Source: Eledone cirrhosa
Lineage: Eukaryota
Length of the DNA: 64,000 bases
Reading direction: 5' to 3'
Assembly (NCBI GenBank): GCA_964016885.1
Contig: OZ024741.1
Location: forward strand, 204,600,001 to 204,664,000
Below, in pieces: positions 40,601 through 53,000 of the stretch (position 1 is its first letter; every line of letters begins with the position of its first letter). Below the pieces are notes generated by a model. The model saw nothing but the letters and a program-made list of their open reading frames with translations, did no database searches and was not told the origin of the DNA. Position numbers and translations under genes: made by a program.

Positions 40601-43600
40601 TTAGACCAGAACAATAACATCAGTAACAAACTAACTAAATAGTGAATAATTAAAACAATAACATCAATACAAGTAAGAAATAGAATATAATGATAAAACA
40701 AGCATAGTAAACAAACAGATATGATACAGATGTATTAAGTGACATTCGAAATCTACCATAGGGTACATTAGAGGTAGTAGTCAAGGTATGAATTAACTTA
40801 GATGAAGGGATAAATAATAAAATGTACTCAGTCAGATTTTGGAATCTACACTTTAAGTGCAATTATGAGAGATTTAGATACAAGTGAGCTGTGGGTCTGA
40901 CATCCTACCAACAATAAAACGGAGATTGATTTATGGTTTGACAGATAAGTGCTTGTGTTAGGTATTTTCTCCTGTTGTATCAACTTAGTGAGATTGATGG
41001 AGGGAGTGTATAGAGATTTATGGTTTATTAGTAGCTGGTATTAAGTGAAATTGTGGATTCAGTATGTTATTCTAAATTTTGGGATTGCTAATTCGAAACA
41101 TCAAACGTATATACCATAGACCTTAATACATACAATAATTTCATATGGCGTGAATTGCACAAAAAATACAAAAAAACAACTGAATCTACACTCACTAGCA
41201 TTAATAAGGAAGGACTAAGCATAGTAAAAAAACTGAAAATATCCGATAGAACCGAGCCTCTAACCCCATGTAGCCCCACATTTAACCTTAAGGATCACAA
41301 AAATAATTTTGAAACAAACCTTCTAATTAGATTAATATGCCCATCCAAGTCAGATATCGGTAAAATTAGCAAATATATTCTAGATAGGGTAATCGCACAA
41401 ATTAAGGGAAAGCTAGTAATCAACTTCTGGGGAAACACAAACGAAGCAATAGAATGGTTCAGTAAAATAAAAATCAGAGAAACATACAACTTCATACAAT
41501 TCAACATTAATGATTACTATGCCGCCATTTCCCCAGTCACCCTAGATAAAGCGCAAACCTTCGCCCAAAATAACTCGGACCTTACCTCAGATGAAATTAA
41601 AATAATACTAGCTGCTAGAAGGACTATCATAAAATTCGAAAGTAGCTACTGGGAAAGAAAAAATAGGAAGAATAGCTTCGATATCACAATGGGATTGAAT
41701 GACTCAGCGCAAATAACGGACGTTGTGGGGATACTTATAGCACACAACTTGCATAAAAATTCAATAACCTCCAAGGAGGAATTTATAGAGATGATACGCT
41801 CCTTATAGCTAAAAACTTAAATAACCAGAACATGGAAAGAATACGAAAAAAACATTAGAACATTCTTCAAAAAACTAGGCCTAGATATCACTTTCGAACT
41901 TAATTTTAAAAAAGCAATTTTTTCAGATGTAACTCTAAACCTAAACACAGAATTAATAGAACCCTTCCATAAAAATAATGAAAATCTAGCCTACATTAGT
42001 TATAACTCAAACCACCCCGATCCATAATTAACTCCATAGCACGTAGTATATCCCTCAGAATATCCTGCCTATCCTCAAACCTGGAAATTTTTAATGAACA
42101 TGCTAATTATTATAACGCAGCATTACATAAAGCTGGACACAAAGAAAAGCTGCAGTTTATAACAGATAGGGACAACATCAACAAACCCGATAACACCAAC
42201 ACTACTCGCTCATACAAAAATAAAAGACACAGGACTACACATAGAACTAGACAACTAGCACCGAGAGTAGGAGGACAGAGCACTAACAATAGAAACCCCA
42301 AAAACTATAGAAGAACTAGAGAAAGAAAATACCTATGGTTCAATCCGATCTTCAACTCCTCTATAAGAACTCAACTGCCTTCTACGTTTTTTAAACTAAT
42401 AGATAAGCACATCGCATAGATACCATAAAATCTTCAGTAGAAAAACTATAAAACTTTCATACTCAACTGCAGCCAACATAGAATCGCACATACGTAAGAT
42501 CAACCACAAAAATATCTCTAAGGAAATAACCCCACCAATACACAACATAGCACCAAATACAAAACACAAACACATAACAGTACCACAAACGCATCTGAAC
42601 ATACCACAGCAAAAATTCAATAGGCATGAATCGCAACCCGCACATAACAATTTACAAAACCGCAATGTGAAAGCTGCATGGAATAATACCTCAAACTGCA
42701 ATTGCCACCTACCAGATAAGTGCCCATTAGGGAATAGGTGCCTAGATTCTAGCTTAGTGTACATGTGTACTGTAAACTCGGGCAACTCCACCTGGCACTA
42801 CATAGGATCCACTGCGGGTGATTTTAAAAAAAAAAAGGTGGTATGTCCACAGACATTCAATGAAGAACCGCGCACTGGTGAATTCTACAACCCTCGCCAA
42901 TAAAATCTGGCAACTTAAGGACAAAAACCTTGATTACAATATTAGCTGGTCAAAATTAGCGACCACAAAGGCCTATAGCAGCGGTATGTCCCATTGTGGG
43001 CTCTGCAACCTTGAATTGCTGCATATCTTAAGGTACGATAAAATGCTACTTAACAGCAAAATAGAAAACCACCGTGATTAGAACCAGCATCCCCAAAATT
43101 AATGGAAAACCACTTAGACTTTAACGTATAAAATCCGCGTTCTCACACAGCCTATTTCAGAACCATATACTTCTATAAACACCTTCCAGCCTCCCTACAT
43201 CTATACCACCAAGATAGGACGGCAATGTCTACAAACATTTACCAATTATCTTGTCAGCCCATAAATCAATCTCGTCTTTGCTGTTGTTTATTCTTTCGGA
43301 CCACACAATTATATCTACATATCTCATATTAGCACCCATGATCTCTAACAGATGAACTCAATTCTAAGTACATTATCTTATTACTCTTACACTCCTTTGA
43401 AACTCTTATTATTATTATTATTATTATTATTATCAAGGGCGGTGAATTGGCAGATACTGCCAATTCACCGCCCTTGATAATAATAATAATAATAATAAGA
43501 GTTTCAATAAGATAATGTACTTAGAATTGAGTTCATCTGTTAGAGATCATGTAGATATAATTGTGTGGTCCGAAAGAATAAACAACAGCAAAGACGAGAT

Positions 43601-46600
43601 TGATTTATGGGACGGACGCCATGCTTTGACGCATAGAGTTACGGCCCTTGCTATTCTGAGTTCAAATCCCGCCGAGGTTAACTTTGCCTTTCGTCCTTAC
43701 GGGGTCGATAAAATAAAGTACCAGTAATGCACTGGGTAATTGCTGGCCTTGTGCCAAAAGTAGAAATAATTATTATTATCATAGCCTCAGATCACTGAAG
43801 CTCACGGTGGAGATGATGAAGACCGTGACAAATGGAGAGATGCTGTGCTGAATAAGACCCGTCCCACCCTTGCAAGCAGGGAAGAGCGAACGTAAAATGA
43901 TGATCATCATCATCTCAATGCACCCTATCCCTAAATTTATTCATCATGTTCTCTATCTATTTACCATGCATGTTTTATTGTTGATGTTATTGTCTTAATT
44001 ATACACCATTTGATTATTGATGTTCAAAAACTAAACCCCGATGATTCGAACTAGCAATCCCAAAATTTAGAATAACATACTGAATCCACAATTTCACTTA
44101 ATACCAGCTACCAATAAACCATAAATCTCTATACACTCCCTCCATCAATCTCACTAAGTTGATACAACAGGAGAAAATACCTAACACAAGCACTTATCTG
44201 TCAAACCATAAATCAATCTCCGTTTTATTGTTGGTAGGATGTCAGACCCACAGCTCACTTGTATCTAAATCTCTCATAATTACACTTAAAGTGTAGATTC
44301 CAAAATCTGACTCTGAGTACATTTTATTATTTATCCCTTCATCTAAGTTAATTCATACCTTGACTACTACCTCTAATGTACCCTATGGTAGATTTTGAAT
44401 GTCACTTAATACATCTGTATCATATCTGTTTGTTTACTATGCTTGTTTTATCATTATATTCTATTTCTTACTTGTATTGATGTTATTGTTTTAATTATTC
44501 ACTATTTAGTTAGTTTGTTACTGATGTTATTGTTCTGGTCTAACACCACTCTCTTATAAAAGCGCATCATCCTCATATCCACGCACTCTGATTGTAAACA
44601 AATTATTGGAGATCGATTGACGCAACACCAAGCGATTAGCGAGCTCTAGACCGACCTGATCAACAAAACAATTGTCAGCACTGTGAATAAAGCCCTTATT
44701 ATACAGCCAACCATGTTACTCTTATTTCTTGAATTATTATTATTATATATATATATATATATATATCATCATTTAACATCTTATTTCCATGCTTACCTGA
44801 GTTAGATGGGTTGTCATGTTATGCAAACAGTTCTATCAGCATATATCTTTTTTCACTGTTTGTGCAGCATTTTTTCCTTTCTGGAAATAAAAGATCATCA
44901 AATGAGAAAATTCATATTCAATTTTATTGTAAAAACAGTTGAAGTAAATAATCTGCACAATATTCAGATAGGAAAATGTGTTGAGATCTCCTCTTTCAGA
45001 AAATATATATATGTCATATGCTTCTGTTACATACATATCAACTAAATTATGTGATTAAACACAACCAATAGAAAAACACTATGTGCTTTTGTTACAACCC
45101 AATAGATCTATATTTTGACTTGGTTTCTATGGCTGGATACCCTTAACACCAGCAGCAGCATTGTGGGAAATCAGATGTAGAGTGTGTCCAGCTTTCCATG
45201 CTTGTATGTATGGGTTGGAGAAGAGAGGTGTATTTCTGTCGACTCTAAGTGCTTCACATCTTTTTATACAGCTATCAACTTCCATATGCATCACATATCT
45301 ATGCCACCACATTCAACCCCTCTTATGCCCAGTTTCTCTCTCAGATTATTGACAATTCTCAATTCATGCACAATACTATTACACATCCATCGAAGCATGC
45401 AAGCTTCATTTCTTTCCAATCTCTGTTGGTCCTCTGCACACAGTACCTAGATTTCACTTCTCACTTCTATGCAACATTGCTGTTTTTACACAAATATCAT
45501 ACAATCTGCCTTTCATTTTGAGGGAAAACTTTTTATGCATACACACACACATACACACACCCACACGCATGCACACACGCACATACATATATGTTTGTAT
45601 ATGTGTATAACAAGATAGAAAAAGTTCAGGGAGTATTAACAATAATGTAGTATTGCCAATTCAATTTACTCATCTTACGATAGTTGGTCTTGTGCTAGTA
45701 TAACAGTATAACAACTCTCTAATTATTCCACTGAGATCTTCTTCACATGAGAAAAGATAACTGTTCATGAGTCTTATGACTATATAAATGAGATTTCATT
45801 CCCATCTATTTTAGTTTGAATAATCTTATCAATATTAACATTAATTATGAAAGTTGATTGTAATTGTTATTATTATTCTGATTGAGAGTGGTGAGTTGGC
45901 AGAAGCATTAGGGTAGGGGTGTGCAACATATTCCATTGGCAGGCCACTTTGAACATTGGAACAACTATTAGGGCCAGTCACTGTCAAAAATATGTAATCT
46001 AATGAAAACCACAACTTCTTTCCATAACATGGAACTGGGAAATTATAACACACATAACCCTATCAGTGAAGCCCTTTAGTATAGGTCAACTAACAGAAAA
46101 TTGTATTACAGTTATGAAAAAAATTCTAAATAAGCCTACAAGGTAAAAATTAAAAACTGTCATCGCAAGCCACTCTGACTGGTCTGGCAGGCCGGATTGT
46201 GGCCCGCGGGCTACCAGTTGCACACCCCTACATTAGGGCATCGGACAAAATGCTTTGCAGTATTTAATTACAGCACTTTAAATTCTGAGTTCAAATTCTC
46301 CATAGTTCAATTTTGCCTTTCATCCTTCCAGAGTCAATAATATAAAGTACCAGTCAAAAACAAGGTTGCTGTAACCGACTTTCCCCTTTATTCCAAACTG
46401 CTGGCTTTGTGCTAATGTTAGAAAAAATTATTATTATTATTCTGATTGAGGGCAGTGGTTTGGCAGAATCGTTAGAGCGTTGGACAAAATGCTTTGCAGC
46501 ATTTAGTTATTGCCTTTTACATTTTGGTTTCAAATCTCACAAAGGTCAACTTTGCCTTGCATCTTCCAAGATCGAGAAAATATAGTACCGGTCAAGTACT

Positions 46601-49600
46601 AGTGTCAATATAATCAACTTTCCCTCTTTTTTTTTTACTGGCCTTGAGCCAAAATAAGAAATCCTTATTATTCTGACCTGTTTTTGTTTTTTTTATGATT
46701 TATGTGTTAATTATTGTTTTATTATCATTTCATGCTTATTTCATATTTTTTTAATACTAATCTGTCTATTGTATAATGTCCTTGTTCATATCCTGATTTT
46801 TATATATAACTTTGTCTAACGCCAAATGTATTGTAAACATACACACCTTCCTATGTTTATAATGTTTACTGCATTTTTATGTGCAAGCTTTTGTGGCTAA
46901 TACAGAAATCATTATTATTATTTTAGATGCCAGCTGATGCAGATAGTGGTAGGGTTCATCTCGCACATGGAGGCATTTTAGAGCTGACTGGACGAGAAGA
47001 TTCACTTAATACAAAAGGAGGATCTGTAATCAAAGCAACACAAGAAGGAGTGGAATGTAAAATGTTATTTCAGGTAGGTCAGCATAAAATTATTTGTAAA
47101 AGTCTTGTAATAGTAGTTCCAATTGATCTATGAAAACAACTTTACAAAACTAAGATGGAATCCACAAAATAGATATCCATGTCATCATCATTATTATCAT
47201 CATTTTTTATGTCTGCTTTTCATACTGGCATGGGTTGAAAGGGTTTGCATATTTTGAGGCTAGACCAGTCAAGTGACCACATCTTTCTCATATGCTCCAT
47301 ATTTGACATGGTTACTACAGCTGGATTCCTTTCTTAACACCAACCACCTTACAGGGTGCACTGGGTACATTTTCATGCGACCAACACTACCAGTTTACAG
47401 AATATGTACAGGGTGTGTTTTTTTTCATAACACCAACAGTACCACTTTAAAATGTAGATTGGGTGTATTTTATAGTGGCACCAGCATTAAAGTCAAATGA
47501 AAATTTAGGGAGGAAAAAAAACAGGTGAAGTAGAAATTCATGTTCTTATTTAGATACTGGAAGCTAATGAAACACTCTGCAATTTTACAGTATTCACACT
47601 ACTTTCTGCATTAATATGTACTATCTTTTTGTACTTACTTATAAGGTAATGGTCTAGGTCATTGAAAATAGACTTTAACCATAGATAGGACTGGACTAGT
47701 GTGCCTGTGCCAGAAAATAACCTGCCAGTCCTTTAACCTTTTCATACCAACCCAGCCAAAATATGTTCATGAAAGGATTAACTCTGATGATAGTGCAATA
47801 TCCTATCATCAAAACCAGTTGTGACTCTCAATATACATATGTACAATAACGCATGGATGAGCTGAGAGAAAGGTTAGGTATAAGAGGAATCGGATGTAGT
47901 ATGCAGGAGAGACGACTGTGCTGGTATGGACATGTGATCATCATCATCATTGTTTAACGTCTATCTTCCACGCTAGCATGGGTTTAGACGGGAATTGTCC
48001 CACGTGAGGCAAGAGTGGTTGTCTTGCTCGTATAAGACTGTCTGGCGGGTTTTCTACGGCTGGATGCCCTTCCTAACACCAACCACGTTTACAGTGTGGA
48101 CTGGGAGATGTTTACCGTGTTACCTACACGGCCACATTACAGCGTGGACTGTGTATTTATTTTTTTGTGACACCTACATGACCTCATTTATTTAGGACTG
48201 GATGCTGTGGTACCAACATAACTTTACAGAGAAAAGGGTGGTGTAGATGGGGATGGGGGTGTATTTTTGGTTAGGAGGTGCCTACTGACTGTAGGTTTCG
48301 CTTTGTACTTAGGCAAGGCGGGTCTTCTGTATTATTGCGTAGCGCCAAAGATCTCGGTCCAGTGACATTGTCTTGGAGAGGTGTAAGTGTGTAAGGTCGG
48401 AATTTATCAAATCGTCCCAGGTTTTTCTGGGTCTGCCTACTCCTTGGCTACCATCTATTTTGATTGCCCTGCACTTTTTTATACAGCTGTCGTCTTTCAT
48501 GCGCATCACGTGACCATACCAACGTAGTCTTCTCTCGAGTAAACAACATCTGATCCCTCTTATTCCTAATTTCCCACTTAGTTCATTTATGCTTTGCCGT
48601 TCACGTATATTACTATTACACATCCAACGAAGCATGCAAGCTTCATACCTCTCCAGTCTGTGCAGATCCTCTGCATACAATGCCCATGTCTCACTGCCAT
48701 GTAACATTGCTGTTCATATGCAGGCATCATACAGTCTGCCTTTCATTTTTAGAGAGAAACCTTTAGCGGCCAATAGTGGTTTAAGCTCTCTGAACTTTTT
48801 CCATCCCGTTCTGACTCTAGCTACTGTACTTTCTGAGCACCCTCCACCACTGCTGATTTTGTCACCCAAGTAACGGAAGGTGTCCACTATTTCTTTAGAA
48901 CCATCTGGGCAATGAAAGGAGCTAGTATCCTGTGGGCACTTGCTACTACTTATTGCACCTGAGCACCGGCCACATATAAAATCTTAGTTAGCTTACCTGT
49001 GAGCCCACTACATCTTTTATGCACCCATACTTTGCATTTGGGACATAAAATGGAGTTTCTGCCTACTCCTTTCCTACACACTGGGCATGGCCATTTCCCA
49101 GAGGGGACCAGTGCCTTATTTTCCTTCCTACATACTAGAACTTTAGTCTTAGACAAGTTAATCTTAAGGCCTTTTGATTCTAGGCTATGCTTCCATGTTT
49201 GGAATTTCTTTAGTTCAGCCATTGATATGTATGGATAATGCTCATTGGGTGAAGAAGTGCCAAGAAATCCCAGTGGAAGGAAACTGCAGCAGAAGGAGAC
49301 CAAGGAAGACTTGAGCTGATCTTAAATCACTGAAGATAACAGGAGAGATAATAAAAAACTGCGACAAGTAGAGGGATGCTGTGTTGGAAAGAACCTGTCC
49401 AACCCATGCAAGCATTGAAAAGCAGATGTAAAACTGATGATGACATCTAATGTATTCATTAATTTTCTTTCAGGTGGAAAAATTCGGAGCTACAAGAGAA
49501 GTAGTCATCAAACGTGCAGAGAAACGAGGATTTCATATTAATCACCAGTCATTTGGTGGTGAAACATGGACAATTGTGTGTGACATAGTGGCATCTTATG

Positions 49601-50036
49601 GACAGAAACATATCACATTACAATCTATAATTCAGGTAAGCTGGGGGTTTTTATATCACATCTTTTTAATTAGAATTAGGTAATGAGTAAATCTCATTAT
49701 GCTTAGAACATGTTCTAAATAAAAGCTAAGATAATACAACTACTCATTATCTGGGCATTTAGATAGTAACCTAGTCAAATTTGAAATGTGTGAATTCTAA
49801 TGCAAATGACCATAACAATGTTAGTCAATCACTATAAATAATAGTTGAGAAAATTGAGTAAATTATCTCTGGAGCTGGAAAAAGTGGACATGGATGTATT
49901 TTTTTTTTTCTGTCTCCATTTATTGTGGTTGTCTATTTTTATTATGGTCATTTGCATTGGGATGCACACATTTCGAATTTCAAATTTTTCCAATGCTTCT
50001 TAAGTCATCTATTGGTTACACTTACAGCAAATAATG

Positions 50037-50085
<49 letters not shown>

Positions 50086-53000
50086 AAACAAACCCTCCAT
50101 CTCGATTTTACTTTTGAAAATCATAAGAACTGTGAAACCAGTAAAATAAATAAATAAATATTCTTAAAAGACTCCAGTTGCATTTTCAATTTCTTTTCCT
50201 TATACTTTTACCCGTGAGGGACATCTTTTTAATATATATATATGACTAACAAATAATTTTATCACTCTACATGACTGAATACAAGAAATGTAAATCTGAG
50301 TTTTTCGAATATCAATAATAATATTTGATTCATTTGCAATTATCCAAATAGCCTCTTAAGCCATGTGAGTAGAATGACCTCATCATTCTTGCTCTTGAGT
50401 TGGCATATAAACAGAACAGCAGACTCTAATGTTTCTGGGTTATTACCCTTCATCGGTACCATATACTGTCTACCTGCCAACTGTCAGAGCTAGTGAAAAT
50501 ATATATTTTCTGGAATATACAATAACTGATTGGCCTGATTTGCATATTAGCAGACTGCCTGATCAGTAAGATCTGCATATTAGCAGACCTACTGATCAGC
50601 CAGATTTGCATATCAGCAGACTGGCCAGTCAGTTTTATGTATACGAGCAATGAATGGCTGGCTTTGCCATAGTCAAATAACTAACAAATAGTTTTATTGC
50701 TCTACATGGCTGAATACAAGAAATGTAAATCTGAGTTTTTCAAATATTATTAATAATAAAAGGTCATTCTACTCACATGGCTTAAGAGGCTGTTTGCATA
50801 ATTGCAAACGAATCAAATATTATTATTGATATTCAAAAATCTCAGATTTACATTATATATATATATGTATGTATGTATGTATAGAACTTAATGAAAACTG
50901 AATCCTCATCTATCTGTTGAAGTATTTTTTAACTCTGCTGACTGTAAAGTTAAAGATTTTGGTTTGAATCTTCTTCCTCCTTTTCTTCTTTTTTCTTTGC
51001 TTCTTCTTTTTCTTTCTCCTTTTTCTTTTTCTTCTTTTTCTTCTTCTCCTCCTTCTTCTTAAATCATTATTATTATTATTCTTATTATTATTTTTGATAT
51101 TCCCTTTCTTCTTCTCTTCCTTCTTCAATGCTGTATTTATTAAATATTTTACTATATTTGTGAGGAAGTGAGGTTGAATTTCTATTTAGGATATTATAAA
51201 ATAATAGATATGTATGTATGAATTGTTATGAGTAAGTTTTATGTTTTACATTTAATGTAATTATATTTTACTGTTACTTAGGTACATAATCATTTGTCAG
51301 TGCCTATTGATATATTCTACCAAGAAAACAACAAATCAGAAAAATGTGGAACCGTTCAAAGCAATGAAAATTTCCACATGCCATTGTCTGCAGTTTACAC
51401 CAGTTCAGCTGAATTTTATTTCAGTCCCAACAGCAGCCAGTAAGTACTAATCATAAAGTAGGAATATCAAATTTGTTGTGAATATTCACAGGCTATCATT
51501 CTTTTAATTGACTTGATCAGTAATTCCTGGAAGTATGAGTGCACACCAAATCTTTAATCCTGTCATGGAGTAAGTACTTAGCTATGATTGTTCCTCGAGC
51601 CTTTATGTGTATGTATGTATATCATCATCATCATCATCATTTTACGTCTCCTTTTTCTTGCTTGCAACGGTGGAATGGGTCCTTTTCAGCACAGCATCTC
51701 TCCATTCGTCACGGTCCTTTGTCATCTCCTCTGTGAGCTTCAGCAATCTGAGGTCAGCTCTCACCACCTCCGCCCATGATTTTTGTGGTCTTCTTCTACT
51801 GCGTCTTCCTTCCACTGGGATTTCTTGGCACTTCTTTACCCAACAGTCATCCTTCATTTGAATATAAATATATTCAAAATAGGGGCATCCAGGACTAAGA
51901 CAACGGAAAAACGAACAATCCTATCTTTTCATTCTAAAGACTTGGCATTTTTTGAAACTATATATATATTATATTATTTATTTATGTTCATACACGGAAC
52001 AAAAGTGCTACCCAAGGGGCCCAAATTTAACCATACCTCCAGAAAACAAGAGACATAAAAAAAGTGACCTTTCTTCAGACATTAATACGAGTTTATTTCT
52101 GCTCCCTTCCTGATTGAGCACTGTTTTCCTTTTTTCCTTTTCATATATATTGCTACATAGATATATGTATATATAAATCTTATGAATTATCAAAGCATTA
52201 GGTGATTTGAAAATTGAAAATGTGGGAACCCCAAATGCAGAAAATAACTGTAACAACAGTCAATTGCTGTAAATGATAGCTTAGAAATTCAGATAAAATA
52301 CCCCTAGAGACGGAAAAAAAAGAAGAGGCCAGTAGCACCTACTGTCCACCATATATATATATATATATATATATGGGCAAAATGTAAAAAAAATCAAGTG
52401 AGTAAAGTTATGCCAGCAATTTTCAAGCTGTGTATTTATAATATATATATAACATAATTTTTATGTTTCCTCTTTCATATTGACATAGTTTTGACACCTT
52501 AATTTCAACATGGAAGACTGCATCTCACACATACGTTCAATTTTTGGTATGGTTTCTATGGCTGGATGCCCTTCCTAACACCAACCACTTTACAAAGTGT
52601 ACTGGATACATTTTGCCTTGGCATCAGCACTAGTGAGGTTGTTTTAAATCTTACAAGACTATAGAATATCCAGTATTCGACATTGTCTTGATATATTCAA
52701 AGTAACAGAACCACAGGGGTGAATAGAAGGGAGAGCAATGAGAGAGACAATAATGGTAGAGAGTAATGGAAGAATGGAGTGAGAGCATGATCGGAGAAAC
52801 AGTGTAGGAAGGAGAAAGTGATATAGTAGTAGGGGGAAGTAATGGAAATCTAAACTATAATAAAGGGAGAAGCGCGGGACTGCGTATGGTTTATAATTTG
52901 TTATCCCATTAGTAAAATAAGTTGGATTACTTTAAATAAATAATGAATGAATATTACATAATTTATCTACTAAATTTCGTGGCTGTTCATTAAATATATT

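Larger units (their letters stand above)
40366..44745 (+). mobile_element. Penelope-like element (Naiad-type): inverted 5' pseudo-LTR, 5'-truncated RT-GIY-YIG pseudo-ORF and 3' pseudo-LTR
   Basis: RT motifs FNLKDHKNNF, RLICPSKSDIG, FDITMG, GGIYRDD, WFNP; CNC..CPLGNRCL linker; LVY..HYIGST GIY-YIG; CGLC; about 700-bp inverted repeat 40366-41097 / 44045-44745. Confidence 0.88.

Noticed and set aside
47783-47815. ctgatgatag...ctatcatca as a hammerhead
   Set aside because: A simple hairpin that pairs the would-be core; no GAAA or stem III.
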